From: Octopus sinensis | Lineage: Eukaryota | Assembly: GCF_006345805.1 (NCBI RefSeq) | Contig: NC_043022.1 | Coordinates: 10,292,001 to 10,356,000, forward strand | Length of the DNA stretch: 64,000 bases | Direction of reading: 5' to 3' | In this document: piece by piece, positions 42,396 to 54,364 of the stretch | Layout: every line of letters starts with the position of its first letter | Numbering within the stretch: the stretch's first letter is position 1 | Program-made: the position numbers and the translations under genes | The notes under the pieces: model-generated | Told to the model about the DNA's origin: nothing | Database searches by the model: none | What the model saw: only the letters and a program-made list of their open reading frames with translations

Positions 42396-42890
42396 AAACC
42401 ACGCCTCTGCGGCTTTAAACCACGCTTGCATCTTCAAGCCATGCTGCTCCTACGACCTAGGCCTGCACCTTTAAGCCAGGCCTGCATCTTCAAGCCACGC
42501 CTGTGCCTTTAAGTTACGCTTGCGCCTTTAAGATACCCCTGTGTCTTTAAGCCGTACCTGCGCCTGTGCATCTGCATCTATGCCTTTAAGCAGCATTTGC
42601 GCCTTTAAGCCGCACCTGCACCTTCAAGCCACATCCGCGCTGTTAAGCCGCACCTACGTTTTAAGACTCGCCTGCTTATGTATGTTTATGTCACACCTGC
42701 GCCTTTAATCTGCGCCTACGTCTTTAAGCTACGCCTCTGTCTTTAAGCTATGCATGCGGCTTTAGGCCATGCCGGCGGCTGTGGGTCACGCCTGCGGTTT
42801 GAGCCCACGCCCGCGCCTTTATCCACACCTGCACCTTTAAGCCAAACCTGCACCTTTGAGCCTGTTCTGCCCCTTTAAGCCACACCTGCT
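42385..42890. repeat. Degenerate 19-bp minisatellite (GCCTTTAAGCCACGCCTGC) x about 25
   Basis: Successive 19-nt units, e.g. acctttaagccaggcctgc|atcttcaagccacgcctgt|gcctttaagttacgcttgc. Confidence 0.92.
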
Positions 42891-42934
42891 CCTATATTCT
42901 GAGCGTATATTGTATAATGGTTTGTAACTTTGGT

Positions 42935-43225
42935 ACAAGACCAGTAATTTTGGGGCGAGTGGAAGTCTATTTCCGTCGACATCAGTGTGCAACTGGTATT
43001 TATTTTATCGACCTCGAACTGATGAATGGCTGCATCGACCTCGGCGGAATTTGAACTCAGGACGGAAAGACGGACGGAATGCTGCTAAGCATTTTGTCCA
43101 GCGCGCTGTTGGTTCTGCCAGCTCACCGCCTCGACAGCGATCACGATAATCCTTTCTACTATAGGCAGATGGCATGAAATTTTGTGGGAGGGGGTCTAGT
43201 CGATTACATCGATCCCCAGTGTTCA
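42935..43225 (-). mobile_element. SINE-B copy plus a second B 3' fragment
   Basis: cctcggcggaatttgaactcagg...ctgccagctcaccgcc. Confidence 0.8.
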
Positions 43226-43910
43226 ACACACACACACACATACAAACATACACAAAAACACACTCAAACGCGCGCACGCAGATGCACACACGCAAACACA
43301 CATTTACACAAAAACATATACATAAACGCGCACACACAAGTATGCCCACAAATACACACACACACACGCATAAACACACAAACGCCCACAGAAGCGCCCG
43401 CACATACACACAAACATTCACAAACATACACATACACACAAGTGCGCGCACACACACACACACTCACAGACATACACACGCACGCATACACCCAAACATC
43501 CACATACAAAACGTGGCTTCCAATTACACTGAAACAATTCGTATATTATATAGCAAGGAGGCTTAAACTCATTACGAAGATGAAATGGCTAAGGTCAGAA
43601 AATAACAAAGTTCAGTGAAACGAGAAGCTTAACGGATCTCAGTACTAAAAGTGACAACATTGAACTGAAAGCTCCAGGCCGTAACTCTTAGAGACGTCGA
43701 CCGAAAGGCGGGACAAATATATTTAAGATGATAAAAGTGAGTTTAATGCTTGAAGCGTTTCAAATATAAAGAAGAATCTAAAGTAAGATCAAATATACGG
43801 TAAAAAAAAAAAATGAAATAAAAATACAATTAAATAAAATTAAAATATTTCTTTTGGGGATTTGGTTTGCAAGATTCTTTATATGAGTTTGTGTGTTGAA
43901 GCATATTCTG

Positions 43911-44416
43911 TTGTGTCTGGGGAGAGTCATTCTCTTTTTGTGCCTTATAATGTAACACACTCACCGGTTAAATTTCCACAAACATGGTACATAGTTGCAT
44001 AACACACACACACACACACACCAGGAGACAGAGGTGCATACATATACAAACACACGCTCACACACACACACACATACATAGAAAATACACAAACACGGAC
44101 ATGCAAGCACATAAATATACAGGATACATACATACCGATGCACACACACACATATATACATACACATGCATACATACACACATACATACGTACATGCATG
44201 CATAGGCACAGACACACACACACTGACCCACACACATGCGCACAAACAAACAAAAAGGAACGCAGTGTAAATAACGGACAGAGTCAATACTATTGAAGAG
44301 GTTGCAAGACGCAACGAAAATTTTAGGGAAATAAAAATAAGAAATAAGTGGAAATTTTACCGGTGAGTGTGTTACATTATAAGGCACAAAAAGAAAATGA
44401 CTCTCCCCAGACACAA
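43911..44416. repeat. 69-bp inverted repeats enclosing a hammerhead-like motif
   Basis: 43911-43979 is the reverse complement of 44348-44416 with few mismatches. Confidence 0.88.
44290..44326 (+). ncRNA. Minimal hammerhead-like motif (U3 variant)
   Basis: CUA-UUGAAGA-G-GUUGC-aagac-GCAAC-GAAA-AUUU-UAG. Confidence 0.55.
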
Positions 44417-45076
44417 TAAAATAAAAATGATATTAGTCAATGATTGATATTATTTGTTCATCGGCAAACAAGGGGGGATAACTTCAGGTGTTTTACTCCC
44501 ACCACGTTTAGTATCGTTAGGGAAATACAACGTTATGTTTGATTGTCACTCCATGGTTATATTATGTTTCAAAAGGGGGTAAAATTTATTCAGATTTCTA
44601 AAACGATAAGCAAAACTTGTAGAGGAGGGATAGACCTACAAAATAATTAAAAAAATATGAATCACAACGATAAAGATACTTTTCGTGTTAATTTAAATGA
44701 CATTGGGAAGAATTAAAATAAACTTGGAAAAAAAAAGACCTAACGAATTTATCTAACCACACAGTAATAGAGGAAAGGCGTCAAATTAATGTGTTTTTTT
44801 TTTTTCGTTAAATAATATTATCCTATTTCAATATGCTAGATATGTTTGCTCTTTCTTCTTTATGTTTTGAATTTCTTATCAGGAAAAATAGAACCAGTTT
44901 CTAATCTAGAAACAAGAATCTTTCATTGGAATGTATGTATGTACGTACGTACGTGTGTGTTAGTATGTATGTATGTATGTATGTATGTATGTATGTATGT
45001 ATGTATGTATATATAAGTATATATATAAGTATATATATATAAGTATATAATTATAAAAATATAGTTATAATTAAAT

Positions 45077-45215
45077 GCTCTGGAATGCCAGCGCCTACAC
45101 TAGAAGTAGATATCGAATACCTACAATTCACTCTATTTATAAATATAGAACAAATTTAGAGTGGATTGTAGATATTTGACATCTACTTCTAGCGTAGGGG
45201 TTGGCATTACGGAGC
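45077..45215. repeat. Imperfect 139-bp palindrome (MITE-like)
   Basis: gctctggaatgccagcgcctacactagaagtagat.. versus ..atctacttctagcgtaggggttggcattacggagc. Confidence 0.8.
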
Positions 45216-45395
45216 CCATGATTATAATTATATACATAAAAATTAATTTCACCGATACAGTCATTTTAATAAGCCACTAATATAACCACATTTATGATTA
45301 TACCCTTAACTTATAAGTATATATATATATAATTCCAAGAGAGTTAGAGGTTGTGAATCCAACCAACTAAGGGATAATATCTATGCAATATATAT

Positions 45396-45453
<58 letters not shown>

Positions 45454-45575
45454 TGTATATATATGACTATGTGGTTTGTGTGTGTTCGTATGTTATATTT
45501 ATATATTTCGCCATGATGATATATCGCTAGCCACTACACATTCTTTATTCTCTCATTCATTGTTTCTTTGTGTTC

Positions 45576-45611
45576 CTTTCTGTGGAAGAGCGTAGGCTCG
45601 AAACGTTAAAG
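45576..45611 (+). ncRNA. Second copy of the 20484 hammerhead-like variant
   Basis: CUUU-CUGUGGAA-GAGC-guag-GCUC-GAAAC-GUU-AAAG, in the same flanking repeat as 20430-20545. Confidence 0.45.
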
Positions 45612-45718
45612 ACTTTTTCACTTCCAGAGCGTTAAACTAATACATCTATTTGTTGTCTACACCACCTGTCTTAGTCTTTGTTTTTTTGTTGAAGTATATA
45701 TATATATATATACTATAG

Positions 45719-45751
<33 letters not shown>

Positions 45752-45784
45752 GTTCATATATATATATACATATACTTATATATA

Positions 45785-45858
<74 letters not shown>

Positions 45859-45912
45859 ATATATATATATATTATATATATATATATATATATATTACAT
45901 ATACTTATATCT

Positions 45913-45949
<37 letters not shown>

Positions 45950-46030
45950 CTTATATATATATTATATATAGATATATTATATATATATATATACATATAC
46001 TTATATATATATTATATATATATATACATA

Positions 46031-46118
<88 letters not shown>

Positions 46119-46768
46119 TATTATATATATATATAACTTATTATATATATATATATTATATATAACTATATATATATTATATATATATATATATATAACT
46201 ATATTATTATATATATATATATAACTATATATATATAATATATATCTAACTATATATATATTATATATATATATATATACTATTATATATATATATATAT
46301 ATATAATATATACTATATATATATATATATAGATATATATTATATAAAAGGGCTTAGTAAAATAAATTACTTGCCACATACTGAACTCATTAGAAATAGC
46401 AGCTAAAAAAATTTTTTTTAAACTATTTCTAATACTTAAAGAAAATCTCTCTCATATAGTGTTTGCTCAAACCAACTCACGAAGGTATGGGAGTAAAGAC
46501 ATTAAAAAATCACAAATGCAAAGGTTATTTGAGAACGTACGTTTCTAGATTAGTCAAATCGACATTTCTTTCGTCAGCTCAGAACTCCTTGATTCAGATT
46601 TGGGAACACTGAAAGTGGGAGCATACCCTTTTGGCTTCTTATCACTTCCTGAGATCCGCTCGAAACTAACAGTGCTGAATTCGCCTTAAATGGTCCCTTT
46701 ACATACTGAATACTTGGTGAAATTGATTAATAATTAATTAATTTTAACCTCAATTGTTGAATATATAG

Positions 46769-46830
<62 letters not shown>

Positions 46831-46831
46831 G

Positions 46832-46892
<61 letters not shown>

Positions 46893-47190
46893 TACCCTAT
46901 TTTAAATGCCTACAACCTCAATATAATTGACAACTATAGGCACGAAAAACAAAACTACTTTATCCATAGGCTGAAACAGCTGTAAGGAGTGATTTTAATG
47001 ATTTCAATAATTTATATTATGATTTTTATAATTGTATTCTTATCTTATATGTATTGAATTATAATGTATATATAAATGCTATTAAGTTCTCACTTTTGTT
47101 AAATGAATAAATAATTCAACATTCTAATATCCGAAAGCTGGTGAACCAACTAAATTATTTCTCCATTTTCTTATTTGTATATAATATATA

Positions 47191-47243
<53 letters not shown>

Positions 47244-47275
47244 ATATATAATATATATATATATCTATATATATA

Positions 47276-47324
<49 letters not shown>

Positions 47325-47696
47325 ATCTATATATATAATATATATATATATATGTATATAATATGCTGCTGTAATGTCAATATATACACCATTTTGTCAA
47401 TATTAGGCTGTATTGTCTACATATAGGCTCTACTGTCAGGACATTCATATCTAGTTCATATTTTCTTTAAAAGGCACTAATTTCCCCACTAATTTCCTAC
47501 GGAATATCCATATCTGAACACAAGAGATTTCATTTCATTATCTGCAGAACATTGCATAATGAGATCCAATTGGTTAATAGCTGGGTCAAGAGACTACAGT
47601 TGGTCTCCAAAGAAAGGTCAGAAGGTTTTTTTTCAGGGTTCAGAGTAAATGTATTCTGAGCAGGTATGATAATGTGTTTTACAAGAGAAAAATAAA

Positions 47697-47698
<2 letters not shown>

Positions 47699-47770
<72 letters not shown>
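47699..47770. repeat. (AGT)n microsatellite, about 24 units
   Basis: Read directly. Confidence 0.97.
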
Positions 47771-48000
47771 ACAAACTGTCGCCATGCACAATGACTTTTT
47801 GATAATGGACGAGGTCGGGGGCCTGGCTGTTTATTTTTCCTCACCTTTTTTTAGAAGGAATGCTGTGCACCAAATATACATATGAAGAGACGCATATATG
47901 TATAAACAAACAAAAACGCATATGCACACATATGTATGTGTGTGTATGCACACAGATATGCACACACACATATATGCATGCGTATATATATATATTATAT

Positions 48001-48034
<34 letters not shown>

Positions 48035-48283
48035 ATATATATATAATATAATTATATATATATATATAACTATATATATATATATATTATATATATATAT
48101 TATATATATATATATAATATATATATATATATATTATATATATATATACATTATTATATAATATATATATATATATAATATATATATATATATACGCATG
48201 CATATATGTGTGTGTGCATACTGTGTGCATACACACACATACATATGTGTGCTTATGCGTGTGTGTACGCGTTTGTGTTTGTT

Positions 48284-48324
<41 letters not shown>

Positions 48325-48419
48325 TATATATATATATATTATATAATATATATACTATATATATATATATATATATAGTATATATATAATATATATATTA
48401 TATATATATATATTAGATA

Positions 48420-48454
<35 letters not shown>

Positions 48455-48692
48455 ATATACATATACATATATTTATATATATATATAATATATATATATG
48501 TATACACATTATACATATATATGTATGAATTTGAATGAGTGTTTACCTCGAGATTTACTTAAATTCTTCCCCATAAATTCAGTCTCTAAATATAGACAAC
48601 AAGGTTACTTTGTTTGAGTTAAGATACTTCTATGTGTTTGCGAACATGTAAGGGTGAGTTTATGTGCAACATATAGGCGGGCCTGTGTAAGG

Positions 48693-48736
<44 letters not shown>

Positions 48737-49152
48737 TAATGAGGTATGTGTCCACATGCATGAGTGATGCTTGCACTGGTATACGTGTATGTATGCATTG
48801 ATGTATGTGTAAGTTTATCCATACTTGAATACATGTATACATACTATGAATGCCTGTACGTACGAATGTATGCATGCATGTCATTATTCAGTTTTATTTC
48901 AAGATTTCTTGCCAATAGAGAAAGAACCGGTTTCTAACCTAGATCCAAGGCTCCGTATACATATATATCTGTATAGACGTTTGTGTATAATATATATAAT
49001 ATATATATATTATATAATATATATATACATATATATTATATAGAGAGGGTAGCAACAAGGGCGGTGCCCCAGCATGGCCTCAGCCGGATGGCTGAAACAA
49101 GTAAAAGAGTAAAAGAGTAAAAGAGTAATATATATATATAATATATATATAT

Positions 49153-49218
<66 letters not shown>

Positions 49219-49258
49219 ATATATACATACATATATATAAATATATAGTATGTATTAT

Positions 49259-49659
49259 AGGCGTAGGAGTGGATGCATGGTAAGTAGCTTGCTTACGAAC
49301 CACATGGTTCTGGGTTCAGTCCACTGCGTGGCACCTTGGGCAAGTATATTCTACTATAGCCTCGGGTCGACCAAAGCCTTGTGATTGTATTTGGTAGACG
49401 GAAACTGAAAGAAGCCCGTCGTATATATGTGTATATATATATGTGTGTGTGTGTGTTTGTGTGTCTGTGTTTGTCCCCCCCAACATCGTTTGACAACCGA
49501 TGCTGGTGTGTTTACGTCCCCGTAACTTAGCGGTTCGGCAAAAGAGACCGATAGAATAAGTAGTAGGCTTACAAAGAATAAGTCCTGGGGTCGATTTGCT
49601 CGACTAAAGGCGGTGTTCCAGCATGGCCACAGTCAAATGACTGAAGCAAGTAAAAGAGT
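49259..49659 (+). mobile_element. SINE family A
   Basis: Same consensus. Confidence 0.93.
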
Positions 49660-49997
49660 ATGTAGTATGTATGTATGCTTGTATGAATGTATGTATGTGT
49701 ATATATGTGCAATATTTGGAGTCATTTTATATGCAGATTTGTATGATTTGTTTTACGTAGTTGCATGTCTATACATGCGTTAATATACTTAAAATGGTAA
49801 ACTTCTGGAAAGTTTTACAGTTACAGTGATTATTTGGATGGAAGGATAGATGGGCTTATTTATTTTTATATGTATGTCTGTATGTACTGGTTTGTTTACG
49901 TCCCCGTAACCAAGCGGTTCGGCAAAAGATACCGATAGATTAAGTACCAGGGTTTAAAAACAAATAAGTACTGGGGGTCGATTCCTTCGACTAATCT

Positions 49998-50228
49998 TAT
50001 TTCTTTACTGCCCACAAGGGGCTAAACACAGAGCGAACAAACAAGGACAGACAAATGGATTAGGTCGATTACATCGACCCCAGTGTGTAACTGGTACTTA
50101 ATTTATCGACCCCGAAAGGATGAAAGGCAAAATCGACCTCGGCGGTATTTGAACTCAGAACGTAGCAGCAGACGAAATACCGCTAAGCATTTCGCCCGGC
50201 GTGCTAACGTTTCTGCCAGCTCGCCGCC
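49998..50228 (-). mobile_element. Full SINE-B inserted into a SINE-A 3' half (49885-50300)
   Basis: TSD (CC)TTCGACTAATCT at 49984-49997 and 50227-50240. Confidence 0.92.
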
Positions 50229-50792
50229 TTCGACTAATCTGGTTCCTGCGATGTCCCCGGCATGGCCGCAGTCCAGTGACTGAAGCAAGTAACAGGTAAA
50301 AGATATCAATCTTTATACAAGGGTTTCCTGAAGCATGGAATGTCTTGCATCGGTTCCCTCAGCAGCAACACGGTTGGGAAATTGATGAAGAAGCTAGGGA
50401 AAAAGAAACTATTAGACCAGTATAAAACGACACCGAAAGCAAAATGAAAAGAAAAGCATGGATAATAAAGACATAATTTAGTTGATAGCAAACAGCAAAA
50501 TGAGATCTTGTACTTGTTTGTCGCACAAGTCGGTCAGTAAGAAGACACTCAGAAAAAGTGAGAACAGAAGACTTACCTACAAAAACGCGTGTAAGTGGTA
50601 CGTTTGCCTTATCTGTGTGACACAAAGTATAACATTTGCTAGTTTAATCTCTGCAAGAGTGTTTGGCACGTGATAACATGATAGCTTCAGTGATAATACA
50701 ATGAGTGGCTTCTACAAATATTTACATCCACTTAAAGATATACATGCATGTATATGCATATGCGTACGTGTGTGTATATATATATATATAAT

Positions 50793-50850
<58 letters not shown>

Positions 50851-50890
50851 TATATATGTAAATAATATACACATATAAATATACATGTAG

Positions 50891-50927
<37 letters not shown>

Positions 50928-51372
50928 AAATAATAGAATGGAGTCGAACGAAGATGTTAACAAAATTCCTTTACTCTCGACACATGTTTCGAAGACAGCA
51001 TATTTTCATTCCGAATAAGCCCATCTATCCATCCATCCATCCATCCATCCATCCATCCATCCAAATAATCACAGTAACTCTAAAAATCTGTAAAACTTTC
51101 CAGAAGTTTACCATTTTAAGTATATTAACGCATGTATAGACATGCAACTACGTAAAACAAATCATACAAATCTGCATATAAAATGACTCCAAATATTGCA
51201 CATATATACACATACATACATTCATACAAGCATACATACATACACATGAACCCGGAGTTTCTACCCTTGACAGGTCGCTTCAACCGTGTTTTCTGAATTT
51301 GCTACCCAGGTTTCGGTTAAACGAATTTTCCATGCTGACAATAAACATAGGATAATTCATTCACCTATTTAA

Positions 51373-51405
<33 letters not shown>

Positions 51406-51411
51406 GGGTGT

Positions 51412-51453
<42 letters not shown>

Positions 51454-51493
51454 TGTGTGTGTGTGTAAGATATAGATATACGTGTAGATATAT

Positions 51494-51535
<42 letters not shown>

Positions 51536-51707
51536 ATATATCTACACGTATATCTATGTGTGTGTGTGTGTGTGTGTGTAAGTATATAGATATACGTGTA
51601 GATATATGTTTATTATATATATAATATTATATAATATATATATATATATATATATAATATATATATGTATATATATGTGTAGTATATAGATATAAGTGTA
51701 GATATAT

Positions 51708-51756
<49 letters not shown>

Positions 51757-51959
51757 ATAAACATATATCTACACGTATATCTATATACTTACACACACAC
51801 ACACACACACAATATATATTTAAGTAGGGGAATGAATTATCCTATAATATATATAAACATATCTACACGTATATTTATATGCTTACATTTATATATATAT
51901 ATATATATTATATATATATATATATATATAATATATATATATATATACATATAAATATG

Positions 51960-52215
51960 TGGAGGCACACGGTCACACGGTCTAGAGCAGAGGAAATGTG
52001 GTCGAGGGATCGCGGGTTCGAATCTCAGATTGGGCGATGTATGTGCTTATGAGTAAAACACCTAAGCTCCACGCGGCTCCGGCAGAAGGTAATGACTCTT
52101 TCGCCACAACTTTCTCTCACTCTTCCCTCCTGCACCTGGCAGCTCACCTGCGACGGACCGGTGTCCCGTCCAGGTGGGAAACCTATACGCCAATGAACCA
52201 AGCATGGCTCGTGAA
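51960..52215 (+). mobile_element. tRNA-derived SINE family D
   Basis: Matches the reverse complement of 40791-41087 with small deletions. Confidence 0.88.
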
Positions 52216-52448
52216 TACATGTTATATATATAAACATATGTACATATGTATATTGCATGCATATATAAATACACATATGCATATTATGTATATGTGTATA
52301 TATATGCATGCAATATACATATATTGCATGCATATATAAATATGCATACGTATTATATACGTGTGTATGCATTTGCATGCGTATATATATATATACATAT
52401 ATATATATATCATAATACAAACATACACTCATATGTGTGTGTGTGTGT

Positions 52449-52491
<43 letters not shown>

Positions 52492-52505
52492 TGTATGTTT
52501 CTATT

Positions 52506-52541
<36 letters not shown>

Positions 52542-53149
52542 GGCATGATTGTTCAGTTAACTGTTCAAGAAATGGATCTACAGGTTCCTGGGCTAATTAA
52601 CTTGTTTGGGGCTGTATACTCGTGCCCCTATATATGATAGCTATGTGACTGCAACTAATTTTTATGTTTTGCAGGTTAAATGATTTACGATAATTGTGCT
52701 CTGTAGGGAAATGTTTCATAATCAATTGTATGTTCTTAGCAATATGTTATTATTACATTGAGATTTTATGAGGCGAGGGTCAAATTGAATTATAATATAC
52801 AGCTTTTGTAGTGTTTCTGATTCACTACTCATATATACATATATACATACACACACACACACACTCTTGCACATATACATACCACATGCACACGTGTGTG
52901 TGTGTGTGTGTATGTATATGTGTATGAGTGTGTATGTGTGTGTGTATATGTATATTTATATGTGTGTATGTGCATGCATGTTTGTGCAAGAATTTCTCCT
53001 TCGTTGTTCAGCTTTCTTCTCCGTAGAAAAGGACGCTCAATACACATACATCGTTGTCTTTGAAATATTTCATTTCCAGATGTCTTGAAGCTTCTTACAC
53101 GCAGACGAATTACTTTGTATGTCAAGAAGTCTTTCTTTGGGGAGGTGGA

Positions 53150-53690
53150 ACATCAGTGAACGAAGAGTGAGAAAACAGAACAGTGGTGATGCAGAAGCAG
53201 GGTACCGAGGTGAAACAGGAGCAGGCAATGGAGAATAATGTCAACTAATAGAACATCTAAAAGTGGAACCTTCTGAAAGATCAAGTTTATCAAGTTCATG
53301 ATGCTAGATGACTGATTTCCTCTCCAGCGCATCCAACCTATTTATATGAGGCATAGAGAAAACACCCTCGAACATATACTCCAAGCTGTTCTAAGAGCGA
53401 TGGACGTTACCGTTGATGACACGATCGGGTCCTCAAGACAATCGCTGAAGCAATCAGCAACGGACAGAAATGACCACACTACAGTTAGAAAGATAGCATT
53501 TGTTTATGTGGGGAGCGGCCGAAGAAAAGACCCAACATCAGCTCTGTAGGCTTGCTTTTCACGTCACGTGACTGCATGATGGAAGTTGAACTGAAGAAGC
53601 AGCTAAAATTTCCAGCACATACCACCCAGACCTTGCTGAGATTAGATGAAATTCATGGTTTCTGAGCAAACAAGGCAGCTAACCCTCTAG
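53150..53690 (+). mobile_element. HERO-like (restriction-like endonuclease) non-LTR retrotransposon fossil
   Basis: Across frameshifts: SSASNLFI*G..TLEHIL..DGRYR**HDRVLKTIAEAISNG..KIAFV..GLLFTSRDCMMEVELKKQLKFPAHTTQTLLRLD. Confidence 0.8.
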
Positions 53691-53879
53691 ATAACGTCCT
53701 TTGTTTCATTGTTTCGTTTACACGAATTAACGAGAAATTCGGTGAACGAAACGAGATTGTTTTCCAAACTGGAGGCGAACACCTTTCTCCGTGTGGTCAG
53801 CTTGAAAAATTGTTAAGATACTTGGATATTTTCCTACTCTTCTTAACATGTGGCCTTAATTCACAGATAAGAAATTATT

Positions 53880-53910
<31 letters not shown>

Positions 53911-53966
53911 TATATATAGATATATATATATATATGAATTTGTTGTGTAATGAGATAATAAAAAAA

Positions 53967-54160
53967 AAGGCTGTATAGAATTAGAGCATTTATAGATAGA
54001 AGGTCTTACAGCTGTTTCTAGAATATTAATTAATAATAATAACTATGACTTAACTTTTCCTCTCACACCGTTCCGATGAAGGGATATTATTATTAACTAA
54101 TATTCTAGAAACAGCTGTAAAACCTTCTATCTATAAATGCTCTAATATCTATACAGCCTT
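53967..54160. repeat. Foldback, about 75-bp arms, with a hammerhead-like motif (54073-54119)
   Basis: 53967-54041 is the reverse complement of 54085-54160. CCGAUGA-A-GGGAUAUUA-loop-UAAUAUUCU-A-GAAAC-AGCU-GUA. Confidence 0.85.
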
Positions 54161-54332
54161 GGTTTTTGTTATCTCATTGCACAAAAAATTATTATATACA
54201 CACGCTGACATAGAACCGACGTTGAACACTTTATTCGCAATATTACCGAATCTGGAACTTAACTATGGTCTGTCTATAGCACTCATTCAGCATTACCTGA
54301 CACCTTTGGGTCTCAATGACACCATTATCTCT

Positions 54333-54364
<32 letters not shown>

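Noticed and set aside
1997-42890. CRISPR-like arrays (14-bp and 19-bp repeats)
   Set aside because: Contiguous tandem units without unique spacers, no cas genes, eukaryotic context.
47530-47844. 104-aa ORF with poly-Thr
   Set aside because: Driven by the (AGT)n tract.
6922-52215. tRNA genes suggested by A/B-box heads
   Set aside because: Each runs into a multi-copy SINE body. None shows a complete acceptor stem followed by a terminator.
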